Program-made: the position numbers and the translations under genes
Assembly (NCBI GenBank): GCA_963715865.1
Contig: OY970280.1
Coordinates: 672,001-736,000, forward strand
From: Candidatus Bathyarchaeota archaeon
Lineage (GTDB): Archaea > Thermoproteota > Bathyarchaeia > Bathyarchaeales > Bathycorpusculaceae
Length of the DNA stretch: 64,000 bases
Direction of reading: 5' to 3'
Notes under the pieces: model-generated
What the model was told of the DNA's origin: nothing
Databases searched by the model: none
What the model saw: only the letters and a program-made list of their open reading frames with translations
Part shown: positions 1 through 9,731 of the stretch, piece after piece
Layout: every line of letters begins with the position of its first letter
How positions within the stretch are numbered: position 1 is the first letter of the stretch

Positions 1-77
1 TTAGGAGACACAACCAAAAAAAGTTAAATCAGCATTGAAATAAAGAGTATAAATGAGGAAATAGAGGAAACTGTTAA

Positions 78-584
78 GTGCAGAAAAGAAGAATCATATT
101 GGTTTCTTTGGTGGTGGCAATCGTTGTCATAGCCACCGTCAGCTATGAATTCTTTGTAGCTAATTCGCTCTCAGGTTATACCAAAATCACCTTATCCCCT
201 TGGTGTTACCCGCCGTGCACTGTAAAATTTGGCAATACTTCTTACTATATAGTCTTCTTTTATATTGGAAAGTCGATGGAGGAGTATCCCTCAATAAATA
301 CCCCTCCTAATCCTTTTTTTCAAGTCACAACGGAACAGACGCTCATTATTAACTCAAACGAAAGTTTCGGAGCAATTCAAGGAGCTAGATACAGTTTTGA
401 GGGGCTTCAAATTGTGGTAGGCAGCGTAAATGTAAATTCTAACCAATTAATCCTGTACGTCAAGTCTACCATCTCAAGCTCTGAGCCAATAATTTCTCTT
501 ACGGCTACACCAGCTATTTCGCCTACGCCTTACCAATCATCGCCTGTTCTTGTACCTACGACGCCGCCCTACATAGTTAAGTAA
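78..584 (+). CDS. Hypothetical membrane-anchored protein
   Basis: 168-aa ORF, GTG start after GAGG, N-terminal hydrophobic anchor, Pro/Ser/Thr-rich tail. Confidence 0.6.
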   Translation: MQKRRIILVSLVVAIVVIATVSYEFFVANSLSGYTKITLSPWCYPPCTVKFGNTSYYIVFFYIGKSMEEYPSINTPPNPFFQVTTEQTLIINSNESFGAIQGARYSFEGLQIVVGSVNVNSNQLILYVKSTISSSEPIISLTATPAISPTPYQSSPVLVPTTPPYIVK

Positions 585-639
585 TGACCCTACGTTATCC
601 TATTCTCGGTTGCCATTCTTTCTTTTCGCCTTTGCCTAC

Positions 640-840
640 GCCCTAATAACTCCTATATTGGGCGTCGTGAAAGCTGATATTGGCATTAGAAACGGCGTAA
701 TCGTTGGAATTGGAAAATCTGGAAACCCAAGCATAATGGACAATGTAACTGAAAACATGGTTGTTAGCAACTCTACAGAAGTAACGGCTGGAGAAGGATT
801 AATCGCCACTGCTGGTTTCTTCGACACTCATGTACACTTG
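640..840 (+). pseudogene. ureC: Urease alpha subunit internal fragment
   Basis: [29 protein letters not shown]...[21 protein letters not shown] matches the UreC N-terminal region up to the HxH nickel ligands; similarity stops abruptly on both sides. Confidence 0.8.
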
Positions 841-1038
841 CCAAAAGAACAGAGAAGAGAAATTGCAATCTCTGTTCTCGTCATATCAAGTCATCGCTGT
901 GTTTATTGACTAACAACTTAATGAATTATCCCACGACACTTAACATGGAGAAAAACACCGAGCAAAACATCCCACTAAACTTAACGGAAAAACCCATCCC
1001 TTAAGAACTTAACAGAACCTTAATTCACAAACCCTATA

Positions 1039-1078
1039 TACTACTAATTCTAACTTTGTACTACTAATTCTAAGTTTG
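1039..1078. repeat. 20-bp tandem duplication upstream of winged-helix gene
   Basis: TACTACTAATTCTAACTTTG followed directly by TACTACTAATTCTAAGTTTG (19/20 identical). Confidence 0.9.
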
Positions 1079-1092
1079 CTGAGCGATTCGCT

Positions 1093-1398
1093 ATGAGACG
1101 ATCTAAGCTCGAAATGTATGTAGATATCCTGAAGGTCTTGGCTCACAGGGGTCCGTTGAAGCTGACGCACGTCATGTACAAGGCTAACGTCAACTGCAGC
1201 GTGCTGAAAGAGTACCTTGACTTCTTAGCTAAGCAGGGGCTGGTTGAAGAGAAAATCATTGGAAAAGAAAGAATAGTCTACATGATCACGCAACGCGGCG
1301 TGACAGTGCTCAAGCAGTTCAGAGAACTCAAAGAAGTGCTTCCCATAGTTGAAGAAACAGGAAACGAAGCAAGAAACCAAGGACCCTATTTGTTCTAA
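1093..1398 (+). CDS. Small winged helix-turn-helix protein (HTH_45/DUF4364-like)
   Basis: MRRSKLEMYVDIL...LTHVMYKANVN...YLDFL.KQGLVEE...Y.ITQRG wHTH pattern; paralog at 11109-11402. Confidence 0.85.
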   Translation: MRRSKLEMYVDILKVLAHRGPLKLTHVMYKANVNCSVLKEYLDFLAKQGLVEEKIIGKERIVYMITQRGVTVLKQFRELKEVLPIVEETGNEARNQGPYLF

Positions 1399-1897
1399 AG
1401 CGCAAATTCTTTAGCGCGCCGCGCACCCACATCTAGTTTCTTTTCAAGTTTGTTTATGCGTTCCTCGATTATTCTGGTGAGGTTGTCTTCTCCAACTTTG
1501 CGGATAAACCTGCTGAGAACGCTTCTGGGATATCCTGCTTCACCAGGTTTGATGAGGCACAGTCTTCTAAGCCGCAGATCAGCATCAAGCAGCCGGGTCA
1601 TTTCTCTTAGGCTACGGACAGCTTTCATGCGCATGACGATGAAGGTTCTGAACAGCCCTATCGGGTTTCTTGGAGGCCTACCCCAGTTCAGAAGCGTGAA
1701 AGCAACCTTTCAGTACGTGTTTAGCAAAGCTTAAGTCGATGTTTCTGAAGAGGGTTTCAAGGGTCTCATGTTCATCTTGTCCCGCTGGGATTCACCTCCT
1801 AAGCTTGGACGCAACTCATTTGATACGAGGCCGGATTGTGGATTTGAACCCGTTTGGGTCTGCGTCTCGGCGACCGCACCAAAATTACTCACACTAA
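1395..1897 (-). mobile_element. Degraded IS transposase 5' remnant (DUF772/IS5-like)
   Basis: Frameshifted reading EHETLETLFRNIDLS / GRPPRNPIGLFRTFIVMRMKAVRSLREMTRLL...YPRSVLSRF; truncated before any catalytic domain; start codon lost after GGAGGTGA. Confidence 0.7.
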
Positions 1898-2164
1898 GTT
1901 TGTAATACATTGTTAATTAAATAATATCAATCGTGTTAAGACGCTTTTTTGTAGAATAGCCGTTACGCAACTGCACGAATTTTGCAGGTTTATATTAATT
2001 ATGTGAAGTATCTACATTAATTTGTTTCAAAAGCAATTCTGGCATGGGCACTCTGTTAAAAATGATGTATGCTCTAAAGCTTCTGCCTGCACTTTTTTAC
2101 TTAAGTTTGAGAGTAATTCTATTAAGCTTAAGAATTATTAAATAGAAATTTGCGTGGTTGCGTC

Positions 2165-2428
2165 ATGCAAAGGCGCGAAGCAGTCCGACTTTTCAGAGAG
2201 ATAAGTGAGTGCATACCAGGCGCGTTTATAAGCGGCGTGTCGCTAACGCAAAGCAACCGTTTCAAAAAAGAATTTGAACTTCATATAAACGTGTCTCTTG
2301 ATGACAAAAGTCTCAAGAATGTACAGTCCCTCGTGAATAAACATGGAATGATTTTGAAAGAAGACAAAGGTTCTTTATTGATTTATGCATCTGAAACAAA
2401 ACCAATTGAAATGGAAATCATCGCATAA
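2165..2428 (+). CDS. Hypothetical protein
   Basis: Clean ORF from ATG 2165, no recognisable motif. Confidence 0.6.
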   Translation: MQRREAVRLFREISECIPGAFISGVSLTQSNRFKKEFELHINVSLDDKSLKNVQSLVNKHGMILKEDKGSLLIYASETKPIEMEIIA

Positions 2429-2603
2429 GATTAAATTCCGAAGAAAGTTGTCTTCTCCGTGAGCGAATAGCTGGGATACACCCGAAAAAGCAGTGAAACT
2501 TTTGCTTAAATAACCCATTAAATTCCAGATGTTAGAATGATGAACATGCTTTTAAGCAAGGTAAACAATTCTTTTTTTTCAAGTCGAAACGAGGGTTTAC
2601 TGT

Positions 2604-2909
2604 TTGGGAAAGAAAAAAGTGTTAAGCGAAGGCGCAATCGGCGAGTTAGTTTATCCTAGAGAAGGCGAAGTCTTAGGCGTAGTTGTGAAACTGCTTGGTT
2701 TTGACCGCATCTTAGTCAAGTGCCAGGATGGCGCTGAACGTTTATGCCGAATCCGAGGCAAAATGAAAAGGCGCGTTTGGATTCGTGAAAGCGACATCGT
2801 TATTGTTTCACCGTGGGAGTTCCAAAGTGACAAGCGCGGCGACGTGGTTTGGCGTTACACACATTCGCAAGCTGATACGCTTAGACGCAAAGGCATTTTG
2901 ACACTTTAA
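2604..2909 (+). CDS. eif1a: Translation initiation factor aIF-1A
   Basis: LCRIRGKMKRRVWIRESDIVIVSPWEFQSDKRGDVVWRY signature. Confidence 0.97.
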   Translation: MGKKKVLSEGAIGELVYPREGEVLGVVVKLLGFDRILVKCQDGAERLCRIRGKMKRRVWIRESDIVIVSPWEFQSDKRGDVVWRYTHSQADTLRRKGILTL

Positions 2910-3057
2910 TTTTCAAATTTTAACCATTCTTCTTCATTAGCCCGTCAATAGCGACGCACCTTATTGGTTTTGCAAAATTTTTTAGTCAAGCATAACATTG
3001 GGCTCTCTTGTTCGAGTGGTTTTAAATACCCTGAAACGATTAGCATGGTTGAATATT

Positions 3058-3840
3058 ATGTCTAGAAAAGCTCAAGAACGCCTTGCTCATAACGAAAGAA
3101 GAGTGGAACGACGAGACAAAATGCTAATACATGACATGTCAAAGGAACGCGCTACAGTGGAAGAGGTTTTTGACCAGAAGACACGCATGATTGTTTTTGA
3201 CTTGTTGAATAGCGGTGTGCTCTATGAGGTCAATGGCGTTGTAAGTTCTGGCAAGGAAGCGCGAGTTTACTGGGGCAAAAACAAGGAAGGCACTGACTTG
3301 GCAGTGAAAATTTACTTAACCTCATCCGCCGAGTTCAAGAAGGGCATGCTCAAATACATCGAAGGCGACCCACGCTTCAAAGCAGTTAAACGTGACACAC
3401 GAGCGCTGATTGCCGTTTGGGCACAGAAGGAGTTCCGCAATTTAAAGGAAGCTTCGGAGGCTAATGTGCGTGTGCCAAAACCCATCGCCGTCAAAAGTAA
3501 CGTTGTAGTTATGGAGTTCATTGGGAAGGATGGCGTTAGTGCCCCTTCGCTGAAGGAGCAGCCACCAACTGATCCAGAGCGAATCTACCGCATACTGGTT
3601 ACTTATTTGAAGCGGCTCTACCAAAAAGCAAAACTTGTCCACGGCGACTTAAGCGAATACAACATTATGCTATGGAAGGGCAGACCAGTGATTTTTGATG
3701 TATCCCAATCCGTTTCCATTGTGCATCCTATGGCTGATTTCATGTTGCGAAGGGATTTGACGAACTTGAATAGGTTCTTTAGTCGGTTAAATGTTAAGGT
3801 TTATCCCGTTGAAAAACTGTATAAAATGGTTGTTGGTTAA
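3058..3840 (+). CDS. rio1: RIO1 family serine kinase
   Basis: SSGKEARVY, AVKIY, LVHGDLSEYNI, IFDVSQSV motifs; conserved position after eIF1A. Confidence 0.95.
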   Translation: MSRKAQERLAHNERRVERRDKMLIHDMSKERATVEEVFDQKTRMIVFDLLNSGVLYEVNGVVSSGKEARVYWGKNKEGTDLAVKIYLTSSAEFKKGMLKYIEGDPRFKAVKRDTRALIAVWAQKEFRNLKEASEANVRVPKPIAVKSNVVVMEFIGKDGVSAPSLKEQPPTDPERIYRILVTYLKRLYQKAKLVHGDLSEYNIMLWKGRPVIFDVSQSVSIVHPMADFMLRRDLTNLNRFFSRLNVKVYPVEKLYKMVVG

Positions 3841-3842
3841 AA

Positions 3843-4421
3843 ATGGCTGGTCCAGACACATTTGTTAGGATTCCGAAAGAACGCGTTGGCATTTTAATAG
3901 GTCCCGAAGGCAGAGTGAAGCAGCATATTGAAGAGAAGCTTCAGGTTAAGCTTGAAGTTGACAGCGAAGGAAGCGTTACTATTGTGCTTTCAGAAAAAGC
4001 GTCTGATCCATCCTTACTGTTAAAAGCTAAAGATGTGGTTACAGCTATTGGCAGAGGATTCTCGCCTGAAGTTGCCTTCCGCCTGATACGCAATGAGGAT
4101 GACATTTTTGACCTGATAGATTTACGCTTGATATTTGGGCGTTCGGAATCCGATATTAAGCGCATTAAAGGCAGAATAATCGGCGCCGACGGCAAAACAA
4201 GAAGGCTAATTGAAGAGTTAACTGAGGCTGACGTGGTTGTTTATGGTCACACGGTTGGGCTTATCGGCAGTTTTGAGCAAGTGGATGCTGCACACAACGC
4301 GGCGCAAATGATAATTGAAGGCTGCCAGCACCACACAGTGTACAATTATTTGCAGAAGAAGAGGACGGAGCTTAAGAAGCAGAAGCTTGAGCTATGGGAA
4401 AAGCCGCCAGAAAAAGGATAG
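3843..4421 (+). CDS. Pre-rRNA processing KH-domain protein (Dim2/Pno1)
   Basis: Two KH GxxG loops (LIGPEG, IIGADG), AIGRGFSPE, GCQHHTVY. Confidence 0.93.
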   Translation: MAGPDTFVRIPKERVGILIGPEGRVKQHIEEKLQVKLEVDSEGSVTIVLSEKASDPSLLLKAKDVVTAIGRGFSPEVAFRLIRNEDDIFDLIDLRLIFGRSESDIKRIKGRIIGADGKTRRLIEELTEADVVVYGHTVGLIGSFEQVDAAHNAAQMIIEGCQHHTVYNYLQKKRTELKKQKLELWEKPPEKG

Positions 4422-4435
4422 CAGATATATTTTTA

Positions 4436-4536
4436 GGTGGGCTCTTAGGCGTGCACTTGAAAATCAAATGCAAGCAACGCACTCAAGATCCACATCATCC
4501 TTAACGTCTACGGGGCCAGAGTCGTCATCGCCCACC
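4436..4536 (-). ncRNA. Candidate C/D-box-like small RNA
   Basis: 7-bp terminal stem GGTGGGC/GCCCACC, C-like boxes GATGACGA and GATGATGT, GA next to the 3' stem strand, internal hairpin, upstream TTTTAATG; D boxes are non-canonical. Confidence 0.45.
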
Positions 4537-4585
4537 CAACAAAAAAACAGCCCAGTCAAACATTAAAACGTTAAGGTTAAAGTTC

Positions 4586-5209
4586 TCAATGGAGCCCGAT
4601 CATTGCGCCATACTTTGAATATACTTCCGCTACTAATTCGCCAGCCTTGGGATTATTCCAGTCATGCATCCACTCGGAAACCAAAGCCTCAAGAGTAAGC
4701 GGGACCACTCCCACCTGCAACATCCTTTTAACCCCATACTTATGCGCATCTATAGTGGAGTCTCCTGCAGCATCAATTAATCCATAAACTTCGTACTCTT
4801 CCCTGATGGCATGGATGGCGCTGTACGCAAAGCACATGCTTGTCCAAAGCCCTGAAATAACCATCTTATTTTTCCCTGTCCGCTTGAATGCTTCCCAAGT
4901 TTTCTCGTCTTCAAAAGCGTCAAAGCTTGGTACTTTCCTTGCATAAACCTCTTGGTTTGGGAAAATCTGAGTAATTTCTGGGATAAATTCGCCGTTAAGT
5001 TTAGGATTAATCGATGACAAAACAACAGGAACCCCCAGTATTTTAGCGGCTTTGGCAGCGCAAACCGCGGCGCTCTTAATTATAGTTTTATCTCCAGAAC
5101 TAATACTCCTAAACATTGAAGGCTGATAATCAACCAAAACCAGAGCACTGTTTTTGTCTGTTAAAAATTCTAATTTTCCATTTTTTGACAACATTTGAAA
5201 AATCACCAT
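4586..5209 (-). CDS. Isochorismatase family hydrolase (YcaC-like)
   Basis: ALVLVDYQP and ISGLWTSMC catalytic motifs. Confidence 0.9.
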   Translation of the reverse strand: MVIFQMLSKNGKLEFLTDKNSALVLVDYQPSMFRSISSGDKTIIKSAAVCAAKAAKILGVPVVLSSINPKLNGEFIPEITQIFPNQEVYARKVPSFDAFEDEKTWEAFKRTGKNKMVISGLWTSMCFAYSAIHAIREEYEVYGLIDAAGDSTIDAHKYGVKRMLQVGVVPLTLEALVSEWMHDWNNPKAGELVAEVYSKYGAMIGLH

Positions 5210-5260
5210 TTATGGTAAATTAAAATTAAAAATATAAAACTTTCTGCCAACCGCTAAACT

Positions 5261-5833
5261 TTAAAGTTTAACGCTAATTTCCAGCCCGTCGCCGCCCACT
5301 TGCACGTATCTGCTTTGATACTTTCCAGAGTTCCTAACGTAATCCAAATAATCCCGCATTTGATCGGCGAAGATTCCAGTGTTATCCGCAACGATAATGG
5401 CGCCCTTATGCAGTTTGTCTTCCGCTAGGCGCAGGTACTGGAAGTACTCGCTTTTCTCAGCGTCAATGAAAGCGAAGTCAAAAGAGCCATTCAAAGTAGG
5501 GATTACTTCTATGGCATCACCAGTGATAATTTTAATTTTGGGCGGTATGTTTGCCTTAAGAATGTTGTCTCCTGCAATTTCTGCCTCGTCTCGGTGAATT
5601 TCTATCGTTACTATCTCAGCGCTTTCATCGAGCGCCTTGCCCATGAGAATTGCTGAGTAACCAATTAAAGTGCCAACCTCCAAAACATGCCGTGACTTAG
5701 CCTTCCGAACTTCCTCAGCCAAAATTTTCCCCTTATGTGGTCCAACGATTGGGAGAAATTCCTTTTCTGCTACCTTCTCAATTTGCCTTAAAACTTGGTC
5801 GGCGCTACTTGAGACGAGCTTTTCGGTAATCAT
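5261..5833 (-). CDS. SAM-dependent O-methyltransferase
   Basis: VLEVGTLIGYS, FDFAFIDAEK, IVADN motifs. Confidence 0.9.
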   Translation of the reverse strand: MITEKLVSSSADQVLRQIEKVAEKEFLPIVGPHKGKILAEEVRKAKSRHVLEVGTLIGYSAILMGKALDESAEIVTIEIHRDEAEIAGDNILKANIPPKIKIITGDAIEVIPTLNGSFDFAFIDAEKSEYFQYLRLAEDKLHKGAIIVADNTGIFADQMRDYLDYVRNSGKYQSRYVQVGGDGLEISVKL

Positions 5834-6396
5834 AGGGGCACCTTGATTTTATCCAAAAAACGTTGCTGTAACTTGGCAATTTTCGGGGCAATGACGGCTT
5901 GGCAGTATTGTTCTTTCGGGTGTTTCTTGTAGTAGTCTTTATGGTAGGTTTCAGCTTTATAAAACACTTTCAGGGGCTCAAGCGTTGTAACGATTGGTTT
6001 ATTCCAAATGCCTTCTTTGTTGAGTTCATCAATCAGTTTTTCAGCCGTGGCTTTTTGCTCTTGGTTATGGTAGAAAATTGCTGATCTGTACTGCGTTCCG
6101 ATGTCTTCTCCTTGGTGATTCAGCGATGTTGGGTCGTGCATGGTGAAGAATATTTCCAAGATTTCTTTGTAACTGATTATTTTTGGGTCGAAAAATATCT
6201 GTGCAGCTTCAGCATGCCCAGTCGTGCCCGTAGAAACCTGCTCGTATGATGGATTGGGTACTGTGCCGCCTGTGTAGCCAGGCTCAATTTTTTCTACGCC
6301 TTTTATTATGCTGAAGGCGGCTTCGGTGCACCAGAAGCAGCCACCGGCAAGCGTTGCAGCTTCCAAATTCTTGTTATCGATATGCTCTTGACTCAT
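5830..6396 (-). CDS. msrA: Peptide-methionine (S)-S-oxide reductase
   Basis: GGCFWCTE active site, GYTGG, TGHAE, QYRSAIF. Confidence 0.97.
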   Translation of the reverse strand: MSQEHIDNKNLEAATLAGGCFWCTEAAFSIIKGVEKIEPGYTGGTVPNPSYEQVSTGTTGHAEAAQIFFDPKIISYKEILEIFFTMHDPTSLNHQGEDIGTQYRSAIFYHNQEQKATAEKLIDELNKEGIWNKPIVTTLEPLKVFYKAETYHKDYYKKHPKEQYCQAVIAPKIAKLQQRFLDKIKVPL

Positions 6397-6557
6397 ACTT
6401 CATCTTCCTTGAAATTAGGTTAATGCCTCTTGTAATGCTGAGTAGCTTTGAACTTAATTGTTTGTGGCTGTCATGATACAGCAACTAATAAGCGGTCTTA
6501 AACAGCGGAATCCATTTTACTATCTATGACCTTAGGCTTTTAGCAAGATTTCTTTGC

Positions 6558-7574
6558 GTGACTGCTAACATGGAAAAAGAAAAAGCGAATAATCCGTTAA
6601 GCAAGATTAAGATTACTCCGTTAGCAGCAGAAAGCTTCGGCGTCCGCTCCATGTGCACATTAATAGAAACGCCCGATGTAACGGTGCTTTTGGATGCTGG
6701 AATATCGCTTTGCCCATACCGTTTCAGTTTGCCGCCGCATCCAATTGAGTTTCAAACAATCAATAAGCTTCGCAAGCGCATAGCAGAAGCCGCAGACAAG
6801 ACTGATTTGGTGACGATTAGCCATTACCACTTTGACCATCACACGCCTTCCTATGAGGACTGGGTTGTAAACTGGACGGAAGCAAACGAAACCGCACGCC
6901 AAATCTACCAAGACAAAACAGTTCTAATGAAAAATCCTAAAGAAAAAATCAACGCAAGCCAAAGGCAAAGAGCTTGGCTCTTCCAAAAAACAGGCGGCAA
7001 ATACGCCAAAAATCTGGAAGTAGCCGACGGAAAAACATTCACTTATGGGAAGACTGTGTTGCGTTTTTCTGAACCTGTCGCTCACGGCTCTGAAGATACA
7101 ATGCTCGGCTGGGTGATAATGGCAGTTGTGGAGCATGAGGGTGAGCGGTTCATGTTTGCGCCTGATGTTCAAGGACCAATGTCTACCCATACGCTTGAGC
7201 TGATTAAGAAGGCAGAGCCAACCGTGATTATGCTGGGTGGACCACCGCTTTATCTAGGCGGCTTCAGAGTTGACATGGCTCAGTTAGAGCAGGGATTGAG
7301 GAACTTGGAGAGCATTGTTCAAGCGGTGCCGTTGGTTATTCTTGAGCATCATGCGTTAAGAGACGAATCGTGGAAGCAAAAAATAGACAAAGTATACCAG
7401 CAAGCTTCCAAGGCTGAGCATAGCATTGTGACGGCTGCAGAGTACTTGGGCAACGAGAACGTGTTACTAGAATCCAAGCGTAAGCAGCTTTACCGCGACT
7501 TTCCGCCGTCCCCAGAGTTTAAGCAGTGGATAAAAACCCTGAACAACAAAAAAATCGCTAAACCCCCAATATAA
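6558..7574 (+). CDS. Metallo-beta-lactamase fold hydrolase (UPF0282-like)
   Basis: AAESFGVRSMC, ISHYHFDHH, DVQGP, LEHHALRD. Confidence 0.88.
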   Translation: MTANMEKEKANNPLSKIKITPLAAESFGVRSMCTLIETPDVTVLLDAGISLCPYRFSLPPHPIEFQTINKLRKRIAEAADKTDLVTISHYHFDHHTPSYEDWVVNWTEANETARQIYQDKTVLMKNPKEKINASQRQRAWLFQKTGGKYAKNLEVADGKTFTYGKTVLRFSEPVAHGSEDTMLGWVIMAVVEHEGERFMFAPDVQGPMSTHTLELIKKAEPTVIMLGGPPLYLGGFRVDMAQLEQGLRNLESIVQAVPLVILEHHALRDESWKQKIDKVYQQASKAEHSIVTAAEYLGNENVLLESKRKQLYRDFPPSPEFKQWIKTLNNKKIAKPPI

Positions 7575-7592
7575 CGCGTAACTGTTCATGAT

Positions 7593-7691
7593 GGCTTAAC
7601 AGTCATAACTTTGGCATTGGATTTGACTTTGACTATACTACCGTAGACCTGCCGGCTGGATTGTTGAACAAAACTTTTAAGCGACCGAACA
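7593..7691 (-). repeat. Dispersed element copy 1 (blocks Y then X on minus strand)
   Basis: 7650-7691 reverse complement matches 12662-12704 at 40/43; part of 7593-7641 reverse complement matches part of 12544-12587 at 27/35. Confidence 0.8.
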
Positions 7692-7946
7692 AATCTAGCC
7701 TACTCCTCAATTGTCTCGACAAAAGCTTTCTGCCCCGACACCGCAAATTTAGTTCAAGCTGCTTGTTTACAGCATAAACCATTCTCTGGAAACTACACTA
7801 TCATTTAGTTGATAATTCTGGCTAGAAAGCAAAGACCAAGCGAAAAATTTAACGAAGATGAAACATGCAAACGCAAACCCGCATAATCCTGGTTAAGAAA
7901 CTTTAATATGTCAAAAGTGAAATAGTTCAATTCTGAGGTTTTTGTT

Positions 7947-8273
7947 TTGGATAAAAATCATTCAGTTATAGCCGAATTTAGCATAATACCCATCGGTCAA
8001 GCAGGAAGCAGCGTCAGCCGTTACGTGGCAGCAGCCATCAACGCCTTAAAGAACGTAAAAGGACTAGACTTTGAAGTGACACCCATGGGAACCATTCTCG
8101 CAGCAAAAAATCTCGACACGATATTTGAAGCTGTCCGCCAAGCGCATGAAGCCATCATCGCCACGGGAGTCAAAAGAGTGGAATCCACTCTCAGAATAGA
8201 TGATCGAAGAGATAAGCCACGCACAATGGACGATAAGGTAAAAGCAGTTAAAAAATACATGAAACATGCTTAA
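7947..8273 (+). CDS. MTH1187 family thiamine-binding protein
   Basis: IAEFSIIPIG, SVSRYVA, TPMGT, RIDDRRDK. Confidence 0.92.
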   Translation: MDKNHSVIAEFSIIPIGQAGSSVSRYVAAAINALKNVKGLDFEVTPMGTILAAKNLDTIFEAVRQAHEAIIATGVKRVESTLRIDDRRDKPRTMDDKVKAVKKYMKHA

Positions 8274-8480
8274 ACAGATACCAGCCAATTAATAGGCAAG
8301 CCAACACGCCATACCTCATGAACAACATTGTCCCGACAATTGCTGCTATTTTTGTTTGGACAAAAGAAAATACTCCAAAAACCGATCAAAAAGCCCCCAA
8401 TAAAAAAGCTATATTTTCCGACTAATTCAATATGTCGAAAAAAATTCAGCGAAAGAAAAGGAAGGAAAATTCTTTTCCAT

Positions 8481-8690
8481 TTAAGCTATTGTTAGTTTTT
8501 TGGTTTCCTTAGGTTCCTTCTTAGGTAAGGTAATCTCCAGTATGCCGTTGTTTAAACTTGCTTTTGCATCGTCTGACCGCACCTTTTCAGGCAGCTGAAT
8601 TCTTCTGTAGAAGATTTGTGCAGTTCTCTCGCGGCAAACATAATTTTTTTTCTTTTCTTCCTCTGCTTCACTTCTTTTTGCATAAACCAT
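8481..8690 (-). pseudogene. Hsp20/alpha-crystallin C-terminal fragment
   Basis: RER...FYRRIQLPEKV...AKASLNNGILEITLPK; N-terminal half missing. Confidence 0.75.
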
Positions 8691-9003
8691 TACAGAATCG
8701 CATTTACGGCTCGAAGAAATTGAGTTGAAGATTCGCTGGCAAATGACGGATTAACTTGGCGCAAGCTAAAAAGATTCTTTCGGAAGAGAGAGAGGGGACT
8801 TTGTCGCTTGCGTTTCAGTTAACCGTTGATTTGCCAAACGCTTTTGGATTTACTAAATCCTATGCGTTTATTACTCATAGTGCAGGTTGAATCTTAAATA
8901 ATGATGTGACTGCTATAGCACTACAACAAATCAACTTCATGATGTGGCCCTGAAATCACAAACATACATTTCCAAGATTTTCTAAGCAAAAGAGCCTAAA
9001 AAC

Positions 9004-9627
9004 TTAGTGTTTTCTAGGCTTTATCATTGTCATGGCTTTCTTTAAGTCTAGTGGTGTGTTTATGTTGAAGAAAGTTCGCAAATCTGGGTCTAACTGTTCT
9101 ATTACTAAGGTGGAAATATAGCGTACTCCTTGCATTTTACTTATCATTGCATTCATGTCAAGTTCATTATTTGCTAGCGCTTTTTTAGCTGCTTCCAACG
9201 CTTGCTTTGTATGGTAAACTGCATGCAAGGGTTCAATTTGGTTGTTGGGCCACCTTGGAATAACCGCTGACTTGTCAATACATAACTCAAAAAGCAAAGA
9301 CACAACATCTCTAGAAACAAACGGAACATCAAACGGCAAAAGCAACGAATATTTACCCTGAGCAGCCTCAAAACCAGTTAAAGCGCCAACTAAAGGTCCC
9401 CTTGACTCGCAAATATCAATGACAAACCGAACATTAAACGAAACCATTTTAGAGTACAAGTTTGCCCGTTCCTTAGAACTGGTCACAACAATTACTTCAC
9501 TAACAATGCCTTTAACAGCGTCAACTACATGGTTTAACAAGGGTTTATTATCCAGTTTCAAAACGCCCTTGTCTTCCCCGAACCTGCTCGAGGAACCCCC
9601 GACTAGAATAATGGCTGATCTATCCAA
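9004..9627 (-). CDS. mobA: Molybdenum cofactor guanylyltransferase
   Basis: AIILVGGSSSRFGEDK, GPLVG, EPLHAVY, FFNINTP; TTG start at 9627. Confidence 0.9.
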   Translation of the reverse strand: MDRSAIILVGGSSSRFGEDKGVLKLDNKPLLNHVVDAVKGIVSEVIVVTSSKERANLYSKMVSFNVRFVIDICESRGPLVGALTGFEAAQGKYSLLLPFDVPFVSRDVVSLLFELCIDKSAVIPRWPNNQIEPLHAVYHTKQALEAAKKALANNELDMNAMISKMQGVRYISTLVIEQLDPDLRTFFNINTPLDLKKAMTMIKPRKH

Positions 9628-9731
9628 ACAGTTGGCACTCCACTTTGCGAATTCTAAACACATGGAGTATTCTTTAAGGTTTGCATCTTTTAAGCTACAA
9701 AACAAAGATAAAAAAAAATAAAAAAGGCTGA

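Noticed and set aside
1039-1078. Direct repeats as a possible CRISPR array
   Set aside because: Only two abutting copies, no spacers and no cas genes
1830-1855. GGGTTCAAATCC on the minus strand resembling a tRNA T-loop
   Set aside because: T-stem does not pair fully and no acceptor, D or anticodon arms can be built; it lies in the IS leader
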